Source of the DNA: an uncultured Acidobacteriota bacterium
Lineage (GTDB): Bacteria; Acidobacteriota; Thermoanaerobaculia; UBA5066; DATFVB01
Assembly (NCBI GenBank): GCA_963813155.1
Contig: CAWEYG010000005.1
Location: 128,001 to 192,000, forward strand
Direction of reading: 5' to 3'
DNA: 64,000 bases
In this document: piece by piece, positions 1 to 10,217 of the stretch
Layout of the letters: each line of letters starts with the position of its first letter
Position numbering within the stretch: the first letter of the stretch is position 1
Program-made: the position numbers and the translations under genes
The notes under the pieces: model-generated
The model's input: the letters and a program-made list of their open reading frames with translations, nothing else
Databases searched by the model: none
What the model was told of the DNA's origin: nothing

Positions 1-350
1 CGGTGTACCCGATCTCGCTGCGGGCGATCTCGAAGATGAAGGCTCCCGCCGAGATCCTCTCGGGCGGTTCGAAAGACGGCGCGCGCGCAGTCGTAAGTGA
101 GAGCCCGGAGGTTGAGCGCAGGAACGGTGAACCCGCCGATCTCGCCCCGGCCGCGGGCCTCGTAGAGGGGCAGGATCGACGCCGGAAGGATGCCGCGATC
201 GGCCGCGAGACGGCGGATGCGGGCGCGCGCGGCCCGCTTTTCCGCTTCCCCTTCGAAGACGGCGCTCCAGACCAGGTTGTCGACCTCGCGGGCGCCATAG
301 CGGAGCTCGCCGACGGAAAGCGGTTCCTTCGACGCCTCGATCGTGCTCAT
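1..350 (-). CDS. Class II fructose-bisphosphate aldolase family protein, 5' part (runs off the window; frameshift near nt 55)
   Basis: Hand translation from ATG at 350 (GGAGGA RBS upstream): MSTIEASKEP...FTVPALNLRALTYDCARAVFRTAR, then in a shifted frame ISAGAFIFEIARSEIGYT, an N-terminus typical of this aldolase subfamily. Confidence 0.7.
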   Translation of the reverse strand, partial: MSTIEASKEPLSVGELRYGAREVDNLVWSAVFEGEAEKRAARARIRRLAADRGILPASILPLYEARGRGEIGGFTVPALNLRALTYDCARAVFRTAREDLGGSLHLRDRPQRDRVH

Positions 351-412
351 CGTGCTCCTCCGATTCCGGATTCTATCCGCCCGGGAAAACGGGCGCTTGC
401 CGGCGGCCGGAT

Positions 413-1383
413 TCAGGGCTTGCGGAAATTCTCCTCGCTCCACGGAATCGAGACGTTGATCGTGTACTCGCCGCGGCGCTTTCCGGAGAGACGGCGCGAG
501 ATCGCGAAAGTCCCGGCCGGGGTGATCTCGGCAGGAGTGATCGTGACGCTCTGCTCGTCGCCGCTTTCCATCGAGATGATTTCCGTCGACAGGTTCTTCA
601 GGTTCAGGCGCAGGGGATGCTCGAGTCCCGCCAATCCGATGACTTCCGCCGCGAACGAGGTTGAGTCGCCCGTGTGGATGATCGGGCGCGGCGGGGTCAG
701 TCGAAGGCCGACGGTGCGAAAATCCCCCGAAACCCTGTCGGTACCGTTCTGGAATTCGATGCGGGTTTTGCCGATCGGGTCCTTCGGAACGTCGAAAATG
801 CACGCACGCGGCGATTCCGCGACGATATGAGCCGTCAGGCCGCCGATCGTGACTGAAGTTTTCGTGAGATCGCCGTCGAACGGGCCGACAACGAGCGCCC
901 GGTTGAAGACGAGGCCCTCGCTTCGGCAGGATGAAGCTCGGGCTGTTGAGAAGCGTCGTCACTTTCGGGAACCGACAGCGTTTGGCTCGGAGATCGCCTT
1001 CGCCTCCAGCTCGAGGGTCAACCAGGAGCCCGTCGACCGGAGACTCCGGGGACAGACGAAGATGCCCATGTCGACCCGAAAAGTCGCGCCGCAGATATCG
1101 ACGCTCAGCGACTGCAGGGCCGCGTTGTTCGCGGCGCGCTCGGGCTCTTTCGTTCCCTTCGGGAGCGTCGCGAAGGTCCCCGAAATGTGATCGCCGGGCG
1201 CCATGTCGCTCGGAAAATTCGCGTAGACGTTTCCGAGGTTCGTTCCGAAATTCGCGGAAAGGACTCCCGGGCCGATCTCCACGATGCGCGACTCGATGAG
1301 GATCTGGGGAGTCGGTTGTCGAGCCCCCTTCCATACGCGAAGACAGGCCACATCAAAGCCGCCGACATCCACGCTCTCTTCAT
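413..1383 (-). pseudogene. Secreted protein with Ig/IPT-like domain; frame disrupted (pseudogene or sequencing errors)
   Basis: ATG at 1383 with AAGGAGAGG RBS and signal-like MKRAWMSAALMW. Continues in ORF 959-1372, then GPFDGDLTKTSVTIGGLTAHIVAESPR...FRKP to 413. Shifts or stop near 1330 and 930-1000. Confidence 0.5.
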
Positions 1384-1453
1384 TCGGAACCTCTCCTTAA
1401 TGCTATCAAGGGAACAGGTTTCTGCTACGCTTCCCTTCCGTCCGGAGGGAACC

Positions 1454-1867
1454 TTGATCCGACTTTCCCGGCAAATCCATTTCAACGCCTCCCGCCATCT
1501 CTGGCGTTCCGACTGGAGCGAAGACCGAAATCGTTCCGTGTTCGGCGAAGAATCCCCCCACGGATACGGGCACAACTATCGTCTGGAGGTGGAGATCGCG
1601 GGCGAGATCGACCCGGAGAAGGCGATGGTCGTGAACCTCACCGATCTCGACCGGATCCTGAAGGAGGAGGTCGACCGCCCCCTCGACCACCGGAACCTCA
1701 ACCTCGACGTGCCCGGGTTCGAAACGACGATTCCGACGTTCGAGAACCTCGCGCGGTGGATCTGGGAGCGCGTTTCGGCGCGGATCGAGAAAGAAAAATG
1801 GCCCTGCCGCATTTCGCGGCTGCGGCTCTCTCCGACGCCGGAGATCACCGTCGAGATCGAGGAGTGA
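1454..1867 (+). CDS. 6-pyruvoyl/6-carboxy-tetrahydropterin synthase (QueD/PTPS) family protein with atypical active site
   Basis: TTG start after GGAGG; motifs GHNYRLEV, MVVNLTDLD, LDHRNLN, PTFENLARWIW. Confidence 0.8.
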   Translation: MIRLSRQIHFNASRHLWRSDWSEDRNRSVFGEESPHGYGHNYRLEVEIAGEIDPEKAMVVNLTDLDRILKEEVDRPLDHRNLNLDVPGFETTIPTFENLARWIWERVSARIEKEKWPCRISRLRLSPTPEITVEIEE

Positions 1868-1868
1868 G

Positions 1869-2819
1869 GTGCGCTACCTCCAGGTTACCGCCTCGCCCGC
1901 CGGCTATTCTTCGCATCTCGCCGAAGCGGCGCTCCCGTCGCCCTCGGCGGGCGAAGTCCTCGTCCGCGTCGTCGCATCCGGCTTGAACCGGGCCGACCTC
2001 TCGCAGATCGCCGGAAAATATCCTCCTCCGCCGGGCGAGTCGGAGATTCTCGGGATGGAGATTTCCGGAACCGTCGAGGGAACAGGCGAGAAAGTCTGCG
2101 CGCTCCTGGCGGGCGGCGGCCACGCCGAATACGCCTGCGTTCCCGCAGGCCAGCTCCTGCCGGCCCCGAAATCGCTCGACCTCGTGTCCGCGGCCGCCAT
2201 CCCGGAGGCCTTTCTCACCGCGTTCCTGAATCTTCGGATCGAGGGCGGGTTGAAGGCCGGCGAACGCGCCCTGATTCACGCAGGCGGTTCCGGAGTGGGC
2301 CTCGCGGCGATTCAGGTCGCCAGGCTCAGCGGCGCGGCCGTCGCCGCGACGACCCGAACGGCGGGCAAGCTCGCCAGGCTCGAGGAGGCGGGCGCCGAGC
2401 TCGCGATCGACACGTCGGCCGGGCGCTTCGAGGACGCGATCGAGAAACGGTGGGGGAAAGACGCGATTTCCGTCATTCTCGACCCCGTCGGAGCCTCGAC
2501 GCTCGCGGGAGACCTTGCGGTGCTCTCGGTCGGGGGCCGGGTGATCGCCCTCGCGACGATGTCCGGATCGAACGCGGAGCTCGAGATCGCCCTGCTGATG
2601 AAGAAACGAGCCCGCCTGATCGGTTCGACACTGCGCTCCCGCTCCCGCGCGGAAAAGGCGGAGATCGTGCGCCGATTCTGCGAGGAGGTGCTCCCCGCTT
2701 TCGACACGGGCGCGCTGTCGGTCTCGATCGATTCGATCTACCCGACCGAGCGCGCCGCGGAAGCGTTCACCCGGATGCGCGAGAACAAGAACATCGGGAA
2801 AATCCTGATTTCCTGGTGA
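1869..2819 (+). CDS. NAD(P)H-quinone oxidoreductase (PIG3/zeta-crystallin family)
   Basis: GLNRADLSQIAGKYPPPPG, ILGMEISG, IHAGGSGVG, NIGKILI. Confidence 0.92.
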   Translation: MRYLQVTASPAGYSSHLAEAALPSPSAGEVLVRVVASGLNRADLSQIAGKYPPPPGESEILGMEISGTVEGTGEKVCALLAGGGHAEYACVPAGQLLPAPKSLDLVSAAAIPEAFLTAFLNLRIEGGLKAGERALIHAGGSGVGLAAIQVARLSGAAVAATTRTAGKLARLEEAGAELAIDTSAGRFEDAIEKRWGKDAISVILDPVGASTLAGDLAVLSVGGRVIALATMSGSNAELEIALLMKKRARLIGSTLRSRSRAEKAEIVRRFCEEVLPAFDTGALSVSIDSIYPTERAAEAFTRMRENKNIGKILISW

Positions 2820-2848
2820 CGAGCGCAGCGAGAGGATCGCCTCGCGAG

Positions 2849-3289
2849 CTATGCTCGCCGGTGGTCCGCCCGCCAGTTCTTGACCCGCTTCTTGACTTCC
2901 TTCCTCGCGAGCTTCTCCGAGACGGCGGCGCGTGCGAGCTCGGCGAGCTCGGCATCGGAAGCGAAGCGCAGCCCGATCAACTGGTCGTCCGACAGCTGGG
3001 TTCCGGCGTCTTTGCCCGCCGCACCGATTACTTTTTCCAGCCGAAGTCTTTCTTCCAGCCCGATCAGCCGATCCTGCACGGCAAGCGGATACAGGCGCGT
3101 CTTCAGAGTGTTGATCGCGAGCGCGAGCGCCACGACGACGATCACGCCGCTCTGGGGAGTCGGATGCCGAATGACGTGGATGATCGAGTAGATCGGAAAC
3201 AGCAGCAAGAGCACCGGGAGCGCGAAGAAATGGAAGATCGGGTCCCATCGGGCGTGATTGGCAAAACTCTGGGATTTCGGGTCGCTCAT
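2849..3289 (-). CDS. DUF6526-like small membrane protein
   Basis: QSFANHARWDPIFHFF, QDRLIGLEERLR, QLIGLRFASDAEL, WRADHRR; AGGAG RBS. Confidence 0.75.
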   Translation of the reverse strand: MSDPKSQSFANHARWDPIFHFFALPVLLLLFPIYSIIHVIRHPTPQSGVIVVVALALAINTLKTRLYPLAVQDRLIGLEERLRLEKVIGAAGKDAGTQLSDDQLIGLRFASDAELAELARAAVSEKLARKEVKKRVKNWRADHRRA

Positions 3290-3380
3290 GTTCAACTCCT
3301 TATGACTTCGCCGGCGATCTTACCGGATAGAGCCGATGGAAGAGAAAGAACATTAGCGCGCGAACCGCAAAGCGCGAGCG

Positions 3381-4856
3381 ATGTTCCGTCCGGAGGAGTA
3401 CTCTCGGCGGGTGAGTTCCCCCGGAATCGGCGGACCGATCGCCGATCCTTCGTCGATTCGGGCGCTCTTCGAGCGCCACAGTCTGGCCCTTGCCCGCGAA
3501 CCTCCCTCGACGGCGAGGGAGAGGATCGAGAAGCTCGAACGGCTCGGGCGAGCCATCGAATTTTCGAGAAACGAGATCCTGGCGGCGGTCCATGCCGATT
3601 TCCGGAAGTCCCCGGCGGAGGCGCTGTTGTCCGAGATCTTCGTGGTCGCGACCGAGATCCGCAGCGCCCGTCGTTCGTTGAGGCGGTGGATGAAACCGCG
3701 CCGGGTGCCGGGCCGCCTCTCCTATCTCGGAGGCCGCGGCGAGATCCGACGGGAGCCCCGGGGCGTGGTCCTGATCCTTTCGCCCTGGAATTTTCCGTTT
3801 CAGCTCGCGGTCGGGCCCCTGGTCTCCGCCGTCGCCGCCGGAAACCGGGCGATCGTGAAGCCGTCGGAGTTCACTCCTCGCACCTCGGCAGCCTTGAAAA
3901 AGATTCTGGCGGACGTCTTCCCCGAGGACGAGGTCGCGGTCGTCGAGGGAGACGCGACCGTCGCCCAATCGTTGCTCGAGTTTCCGTTCGACCACATTTA
4001 TTTCACTGGAAGCGCGTCGATCGGCCGGAGAGTTCTCGCCGCTTCCGTCAAGCATCTCTCCTCCGTCACGCTCGAGCTCGGAGGCAAGTGCCCGGTCCTC
4101 GTGGACGAGGGGGCGGATCTTCGCGAGGCGGCGAAGAAGATCGCGTGGGGAAAGTTTCTGAACGCGGGCCAGACTTGCGTCGCGCCGGACTACGTCGTGA
4201 TTCCACGACCCCGGCTCGACGAATTCGTCCGCGAGATGAAGTTCGCGATCCAGGATCTCTACGGGCCCGACGAGGGGATTTCGACCAACCCCGACTATTG
4301 CCGGCTTGTCGACGCGCGTCATTTTGCGTCGGTTCGGGGCCTGCTCGACGATGCCTTGAGATCCGGCGCGAGCATCGTCGCGGGCGGCCAGGTCGATGCG
4401 TCCGACAACTTCGTCGCCCCGACGCTCGTCACCGGCGCCGGCGCGGACTCCCGCCTGCTTCGGGAGGAGATCTTCGGGCCGGTCCTGCCGATCGTCGCCG
4501 TCGAAGGGTTCGACGGGGCGATCGAATTCGTGAAGAGCCTCCCGCCTCCGCTCGCCCTCTACGTTTTCAGCCGGGACAGCGCCCGCATCGCGGCGGCGAT
4601 CGACCGGATTTCGTCGGGAAGCGTTCTCGTGAACGACGTCGTCAGCCACTTCTGCCACCCCGATCTCCCTTTCGGCGGGATTCGGGACAGCGGACTCGGG
4701 AGGTCCCACGGCGAGGCGGGCTTCCGGGAATTCTCGCGCGAGCGGGCGATCTTCCGGCAGCCGAAGCGGACGATGATGGGGCTTCTCTACCCGCCGTACA
4801 CGGCGACCACGAGAAGACTCCTCGGCCTTGCGGTCCGCTTCCTTTCCGGACGCTGA
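3381..4856 (+). CDS. Aldehyde dehydrogenase (ALDH3/coniferyl aldehyde type)
   Basis: PWNFP, FTGS, LELGGKCP, NAGQTCVAPD, EEIFGP, LPFGG. Confidence 0.95.
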   Translation: MFRPEEYSRRVSSPGIGGPIADPSSIRALFERHSLALAREPPSTARERIEKLERLGRAIEFSRNEILAAVHADFRKSPAEALLSEIFVVATEIRSARRSLRRWMKPRRVPGRLSYLGGRGEIRREPRGVVLILSPWNFPFQLAVGPLVSAVAAGNRAIVKPSEFTPRTSAALKKILADVFPEDEVAVVEGDATVAQSLLEFPFDHIYFTGSASIGRRVLAASVKHLSSVTLELGGKCPVLVDEGADLREAAKKIAWGKFLNAGQTCVAPDYVVIPRPRLDEFVREMKFAIQDLYGPDEGISTNPDYCRLVDARHFASVRGLLDDALRSGASIVAGGQVDASDNFVAPTLVTGAGADSRLLREEIFGPVLPIVAVEGFDGAIEFVKSLPPPLALYVFSRDSARIAAAIDRISSGSVLVNDVVSHFCHPDLPFGGIRDSGLGRSHGEAGFREFSRERAIFRQPKRTMMGLLYPPYTATTRRLLGLAVRFLSGR

Positions 4857-4912
4857 TTCTGTCTCGCTCCGGCCGAGGGGCGGGTTAAGATCCGTCCGCA
4901 GGAGAAACGATC

Positions 4913-6454
4913 ATGACGAGTTGGAAACAAGCCACGGCGGCGGTGTCGATCCTTTTCGCGCTTTCTCTGTCGGGCGGGACGTCGCGGGCGCAGGACGGAA
5001 AGGGCGACGAGAAAAAAGAAGAGAAGAAGGACGCGCCGAAGCCGGCGCCGGAAACCAAGCCGGTCGTCACGCAACACGAAATCCAGCTCGGCGGGAAGCC
5101 TCTCCGTTACACCGCGACCGCCGGCTATATGCCGATGAAGGATGAAGAGGGCAAGCTCAAGGCGAACATCTTTTTCGTCGCCTATACCCGCGACGGAGGC
5201 GATTCCTCCCGCCGCCCGGTGACGTTCGCCTACAACGGGGGACCCGGTTCCTCCTCCGTCTGGCTTCACCTCGGCGCCCTGGGTCCCAAACGAGTCGCGA
5301 TGCAGGATGAAGGCTGGGCGCTTCCTCCCCCGTACCGCCTCGTCGACAACGAACAGACCTGGCTCTCGTTCACGGATCTGGTGTTCATCGACCCGGTCAC
5401 GACCGGGTTCAGCCGCCCCGCGACCGGCGAGAAACCGGAGCAGTTTCACGGCCTGCGGGAGGACGTCGAGTCGGTCGGCGATTTCATCCGTCTGTACACG
5501 ACGCGCTACCACCGCTGGGCGTCGCCGAAATTCCTCGCCGGGGAGAGCTATGGCACGACGCGATCCGCAGGGCTCGCCGGCTATCTCCAGCGCCGACAGG
5601 GCATGTACCTCAACGGGATCACGCTCATCTCGACCGTGCTGAACTTCCAGACGCTCGAGTTCAATCCGGGAAACGACCTGCCGTACATCCTGTTCCTTCC
5701 GTCCGAGACGGCGGCGGCGTGGTACCACAAGAAGCTTCCGGCCGACCTGCAGGGGAATTTCGACGCGGCGCTCGCGGAGTCGCGAAAGTTCGCGGCGGGC
5801 GACTATTCGCTCGCGCTGCTCGCGGGGGACCGGCTGCCGGCGGAAAAGAGATCTGCGGCCGCGAAAGAGCTTTCCCGGCTCAGCGGCATCTCCGAGAGAT
5901 TCATCGATCAGCACGACCTTCGTTTCACCGAGGGCGAGTTCTTCGCCGAGCTTCTCCGGGACCAGGGGAAGACGATCGGGCGTCTCGACGCGAGATTCAC
6001 GCGTCCGCTGCTCACCGATTCGGAGCGGGAGTTCGGGACCGACCCGAGCTACGAGGCGATCTACGGCCCCTACACGGCGCTGCTGAACAACTACGTCCGC
6101 GAAGATCTCAAGTACGAAAACGACCTGCCCTACGAGATCCTGACGGGACGCGTTCAGCCCTGGAAGTTTCCGGAGGGGCAGTACGCCAACGTCGCGCAGA
6201 CCCTGCGCGACGCGATCGTTCAGAACCCGGCACTTCACGTTTTCGTCGCGGCGGGATATTTCGACTTTGCGACGCCGTTCTTCGCCGCCGAGTACACGAT
6301 CGACCACCTGGGGCTCCCTCCCGCGCTTCGGGGGAACGTGTCGCTCGACCACTTTCCGGCGGGGCACATGGTCTACATCCAGAAGCCTTCGCTCGACCGT
6401 CTGACGAAGGACGTCGAGACGTTCTACTCCACCGCGAACTCCGGCAAGCCCTGA
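4913..6454 (+). CDS. Secreted S10 family serine carboxypeptidase
   Basis: Signal peptide; NGGPGSSS, DPVTTGFS, GESYG, AGHMVY. Confidence 0.92.
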   Translation: MTSWKQATAAVSILFALSLSGGTSRAQDGKGDEKKEEKKDAPKPAPETKPVVTQHEIQLGGKPLRYTATAGYMPMKDEEGKLKANIFFVAYTRDGGDSSRRPVTFAYNGGPGSSSVWLHLGALGPKRVAMQDEGWALPPPYRLVDNEQTWLSFTDLVFIDPVTTGFSRPATGEKPEQFHGLREDVESVGDFIRLYTTRYHRWASPKFLAGESYGTTRSAGLAGYLQRRQGMYLNGITLISTVLNFQTLEFNPGNDLPYILFLPSETAAAWYHKKLPADLQGNFDAALAESRKFAAGDYSLALLAGDRLPAEKRSAAAKELSRLSGISERFIDQHDLRFTEGEFFAELLRDQGKTIGRLDARFTRPLLTDSEREFGTDPSYEAIYGPYTALLNNYVREDLKYENDLPYEILTGRVQPWKFPEGQYANVAQTLRDAIVQNPALHVFVAAGYFDFATPFFAAEYTIDHLGLPPALRGNVSLDHFPAGHMVYIQKPSLDRLTKDVETFYSTANSGKP

Positions 6455-6455
6455 T

Positions 6456-7433
6456 TCAGCGCGGGAGCGACTGCCCGAACGGCGGGCGGTGCACCCCTCG
6501 TTCGGTGACGATCGCGGAGATGTACCGCGCGGGAGTGACGTCGAAGGCGGGATGGCGCGCCGAGACGCCGGCCGGCGCGACGGCGACTCCGGCGATGGAG
6601 GTGACTTCGCCGGACGAGCGTTCCTCGATGGGAATCCCCGATCCGTCGGCGATCGAAAGATCGAGCGTCGTCATCGGCGCGGCGACGTAGAACGGCACGC
6701 CGTTCTCTTTCGCGAGGACGGCGAGGGAGTAGGTCCCGATCTTGTTCGCCGTGTCCCCGTTCGCCGCGATGCGGTCCGCGCCGACGATCACCGCCGAGAC
6801 TTCCCCGCGCGAGAGAAAGTGCCCCGCCATTCCGTCCGTGATGATTTCGACGGGGATTCCGTCCCGCTGAAGCTCCCACGCCGTCAGGCGCGCGCCCTGC
6901 AGGAAGGGACGAGTCTCGTCGGCGAGCACGCGGATTTGTTTTCCGTCCTCGACCGCGCCGCGGATGACGCCGAGAGCCGTTCCGTACCCGGACGTCGCGA
7001 GCGCGCCCGCGTTGCAGTGCGTGAGGACGGTCGCGCCGGTGGAAAGCAGCTGCGCCCCGTGCCGCCCGATCGCGCGGCAGGCTTCGATTCCCTCCTCGGA
7101 GAGTTTGCGGGCCTCTTCCGGGAGGTCTTTCCGGAGCGCGAACGCCCGTTCCATCCGCTCGACCGCCGCGAAAAGATCGCGGGCCGTCGGCCGGGCGGCC
7201 CGGATCACCCGCGCCGCATTCGCGAAGCTCTCGTCGCCGCTTCCGGCGAGGGCCATGCCGAATGCCGCGGCGGCGCCGATGGCCGGCGCTCCCCGGACGG
7301 CCATGTCGCGGATCGCGGCGGCGACCTCCTCGGGCGTCTCGAGCTCGAGCCAGACTTCCTTTCCGGGCAGCAGGCGCTGGTCGAGAAGCTTCAGCTTCCC
7401 CGCTTCCCAGTAAAGCGGGCGGAAGAGGTCCAT
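6456..7433 (-). CDS. mtnA: S-methyl-5-thioribose-1-phosphate isomerase
   Basis: [51 protein letters not shown]. Confidence 0.95.
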   Translation of the reverse strand: MDLFRPLYWEAGKLKLLDQRLLPGKEVWLELETPEEVAAAIRDMAVRGAPAIGAAAAFGMALAGSGDESFANAARVIRAARPTARDLFAAVERMERAFALRKDLPEEARKLSEEGIEACRAIGRHGAQLLSTGATVLTHCNAGALATSGYGTALGVIRGAVEDGKQIRVLADETRPFLQGARLTAWELQRDGIPVEIITDGMAGHFLSRGEVSAVIVGADRIAANGDTANKIGTYSLAVLAKENGVPFYVAAPMTTLDLSIADGSGIPIEERSSGEVTSIAGVAVAPAGVSARHPAFDVTPARYISAIVTERGVHRPPFGQSLPR

Positions 7434-7484
7434 GCGAGGGATCATAAGGCGAATAGAAATTCGCTCGGCCGACGAGGGTCCTGT

Positions 7485-7752
7485 CATGGGAGTCGCCCCG
7501 CTTTTCCGCTCGCTGCGAATGTGAGGACTTTGCTACGACTCCGCGCCGCGAGCGGCAAAAGGGGGTCTCCTCCCATGCCACCCTTCCGGCCTTCGCTCAG
7601 GTGGGGGCTCCGCCTCTGAGCAAAGATCCGCGAGGGTCCGGGTCAACGCGCCGGCGCAGGCTGGTCTCTGAGATCCCGAGGGAAAGCGAACTGCGGCCGA
7701 GGGTCGAAGAGACTTGCCGAGACCGGCGCTGGGGCTTGACCGCGAGCGGATC
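7485..7752. other. Structured intergenic element (three imperfect hairpins): palindromic repeat or ncRNA
   Basis: Pairings CATGGGAG/CTCCCATG, CCGCTCGC/GCGAGCGG, GCTCAG/CTGAGC, GATCCGC/GCGGATC, GGTCAA/TTGACC, GCGCCGG/CCGGCGC. Confidence 0.5.
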
Positions 7753-7783
7753 GAGCGAAGCTCCCTGCGCTAAGATTCGCCCG

Positions 7784-8956
7784 ATGAAGACCCTCGACGA
7801 CGTCGACCTCCGCGGGAAGACCGTTTTCCTCCGCGTCGACTTCAACGTGCCGCTGAAAGACGGGCGCGTCGCCGACGACATGCGGATCGTCGAGACCGTG
7901 CCGACGATTCGCCGGGCGATCGAGGCCGGCGCGAAACTCGTGCTCGCGAGCCACCTCGGAAAGCCGAAGGGGAAGAGGGACGAAAAGCTCACGCTCCGAC
8001 CCGTTTCGCTCCGCCTGGCGGAGCTCCTGAAGCAGCCCGTCTTTTTCGCGACGGATTGCGTTGGCGAAGAGGTCCGCGCCCAGGTCGCGAAGCTCGCGCC
8101 CGGCGACGTGCTCCTGCTCGAGAACCTCCGTTTCCACGCCGGCGAGGAGAAGAACGATCCGGAGTTCGCCGCCGCGCTCGCGGAAGGAATCGAAATCTAC
8201 GTCGACGACGCCTTCGGCGCGGCGCATCGGGCCCACGCGTCGATCGTCGGCGTTCCGAAGCGCGTCGCCGTCCGCGCCGCGGGGCTCCTCATGGCTTCCG
8301 AGGTCCAACACCTTTCGGCGCTGCTCGAGCCCGAGCGGCCGTTCGCCGCAATTCTCGGCGGCGCGAAGATCTCGACGAAAATGGAGCCCCTGCACGCGCT
8401 CGCCGGCCTGGCGGACATGCTGCTCCTGGGCGGCGGAATGGCGAATCATTTCGTTCGGGCCATCGGACTGCCGGTCGGAAAGTCGCTGCTCGAGGAAGAC
8501 CGCGTTCCGGTCGCGCGGGAAATCCTCGACCTGTGCAAGGAAGAGGGAAAGACGATCGCCCTTCCCTCCGATTTCGTCGTGGCGAAAGACCCCGCGGACG
8601 GAAAGAACGCGAAGACCGTGTCCATCCAGGGAATTCCCCCGGACAAGATGGCGCTCGACATCGGCCCGAAGACCGTCGAGCAGTTCACCCGCCTCCTCGG
8701 CGACGCTCGGACGATCTTCTGGAACGGTCCGATGGGGGTTTTCGAAAGCCCTCCGTTCGACAAGGGGACAATGGCGGTCGCCCGCCTGCTGGCGGAGTCG
8801 GGCGCGGTGACGGTCGTGGGCGGCGGCGAATCCGTGCAGGCCGTCCGCCGGGCCGGAGTGGCCGGGAAGATCACCCACGTTTCGACGGGCGGCGGGGCTT
8901 CGCTCGAGTTCCTGTCGGGCGTCGAGCTTCCGGGGCTGACAGCGCTGGAAGAGTAA
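7784..8956 (+). CDS. pgk: Phosphoglycerate kinase
   Basis: RVDFNVPL, SHLGKPKG, LLENLRFH, DAFGAAHRAHAS, WNGPMGVFE, STGGGASLE. Confidence 0.98.
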   Translation: MKTLDDVDLRGKTVFLRVDFNVPLKDGRVADDMRIVETVPTIRRAIEAGAKLVLASHLGKPKGKRDEKLTLRPVSLRLAELLKQPVFFATDCVGEEVRAQVAKLAPGDVLLLENLRFHAGEEKNDPEFAAALAEGIEIYVDDAFGAAHRAHASIVGVPKRVAVRAAGLLMASEVQHLSALLEPERPFAAILGGAKISTKMEPLHALAGLADMLLLGGGMANHFVRAIGLPVGKSLLEEDRVPVAREILDLCKEEGKTIALPSDFVVAKDPADGKNAKTVSIQGIPPDKMALDIGPKTVEQFTRLLGDARTIFWNGPMGVFESPPFDKGTMAVARLLAESGAVTVVGGGESVQAVRRAGVAGKITHVSTGGGASLEFLSGVELPGLTALEE

Positions 8957-8960
8957 GACC

Positions 8961-9674
8961 GTGAAGAAGCTTTTCGTCGCGAACTGGAAGATGAACAAGA
9001 CGCGCGCCGAGGCGCTGGAGTTCCGGGAAGCGCTTTCGGGCCGCGCCGCGGAGCTCGGCGGGGTCGAAGTCGCGATCGCTCCCGCTTTTCCGTTTCTCCT
9101 CGAGCTCGTCGATTCCCGCGGCCGCTGGTCGACCGCGGGGCAGAATTGTTCGGCGGAGGCGGCCGGGGCATTCACCGGCGAGGTCTCGGCCTCGATGCTC
9201 GCCTCGTGCGGTTGCCGGTACGTGATCCTCGGCCATTCGGAACGGCGCAGGGATTTCGGCGAATCGGAGCCGCTCCTCGCTTCCAAGCTCGCGCGGGCGC
9301 GAGACGCGGGGCTCGTGCCGGTCTTCTGCGTGGGCGAGACCCAGAGGGAGCGGGGCGAAGGCCTGACCCGCGAAGTGCTCGTTCGCCATCTCGAGGCGCT
9401 GAGAAACGACCCTCCGCGCCTACCGCTCGTCGTCGCCTACGAGCCGGTCTGGGCGATCGGCACGGGGCAGAACGCGACGCCCGAACAGGCGGGGGAGTCG
9501 ATCGCCGAGATCCGGCGGCTCCTGCCGGGCCGCGCGGAGCTTCGAGTGCTGTACGGCGGCTCCGTGACTCCCGGGAATTCCGCCAACCTGCTGCGGCAGC
9601 CGGGAATCGACGGCTTCCTGATCGGGGGCGCGTCCCTCGACGCGGTGTCTTTCTGCTCGATTTGCCTGTCTTGA
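8961..9674 (+). CDS. tpiA: Triosephosphate isomerase
   Basis: ANWKMNK, GAFTGEVS, GHSERR, AYEPVWAIGTG, LYGGSV. Confidence 0.97.
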   Translation: MKKLFVANWKMNKTRAEALEFREALSGRAAELGGVEVAIAPAFPFLLELVDSRGRWSTAGQNCSAEAAGAFTGEVSASMLASCGCRYVILGHSERRRDFGESEPLLASKLARARDAGLVPVFCVGETQRERGEGLTREVLVRHLEALRNDPPRLPLVVAYEPVWAIGTGQNATPEQAGESIAEIRRLLPGRAELRVLYGGSVTPGNSANLLRQPGIDGFLIGGASLDAVSFCSICLS

Positions 9675-9691
9675 CTCCGTTTCGGAGTGTC

Positions 9692-9721
9692 TTGACCCCG
9701 TTTCGGCCCCCGGGCTATGAT
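9692..9721 (+). promoter_or_regulatory. Sigma70-type promoter for secG / tRNA-Leu
   Basis: TTGACC-N18-TATGAT. Confidence 0.6.
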
Positions 9722-9759
9722 CTGCGGCTCCCTCGGAAGGGGGACCGGAAAGGTCGCTG

Positions 9760-10107
9760 ATGTTTACATTTCTCGTGGTTCTCTACATTTTCGTCTGCCT
9801 GTTCCTCATCCTCGTCGTGCTCCTCCAGCAGGGGCGGGGCGCCGACCTCGCCGGGGCCTTCGGCGGCGGAGGATCGCAGCAGACCTTCGGCCCGCGCGGG
9901 GCGGCGACTTTCCTGCACAAGCTGACGACCGGATTCTTCGTGGCTTTCATCGTGCTCGCGCTCGCGCTCGCGGTTGTCGAAAGCCGCCCGCAGTCGTCCG
10001 TGATTCGAGAAGGAACGAAGAATCCGAAGACCGCTCCGAAACGGCCGGCTTCGTTTCCGGTTCCCGCGCCCACTCCCGCTCCGGCTCCGCCGAGCACGCA
10101 GAAGTAG
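9760..10107 (+). CDS. secG: Preprotein translocase subunit SecG
   Basis: [29 protein letters not shown]; tpiA-secG-tRNA-Leu synteny. Confidence 0.95.
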   Translation: MFTFLVVLYIFVCLFLILVVLLQQGRGADLAGAFGGGGSQQTFGPRGAATFLHKLTTGFFVAFIVLALALAVVESRPQSSVIREGTKNPKTAPKRPASFPVPAPTPAPAPPSTQK

Positions 10108-10115
10108 GTTCCCAT

Positions 10116-10200
<85 letters not shown>

Positions 10201-10217
10201 GACCTATCTTTTCCGGA

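Noticed and set aside
1-7433. MtnA plus aldolase as a DHAP-shunt methionine salvage cluster
   Set aside because: The aldolase looks like the FBA class II TIM-barrel type, not the fuculose-aldolase-like Ald2, and it is 6 kb away with unrelated genes between.
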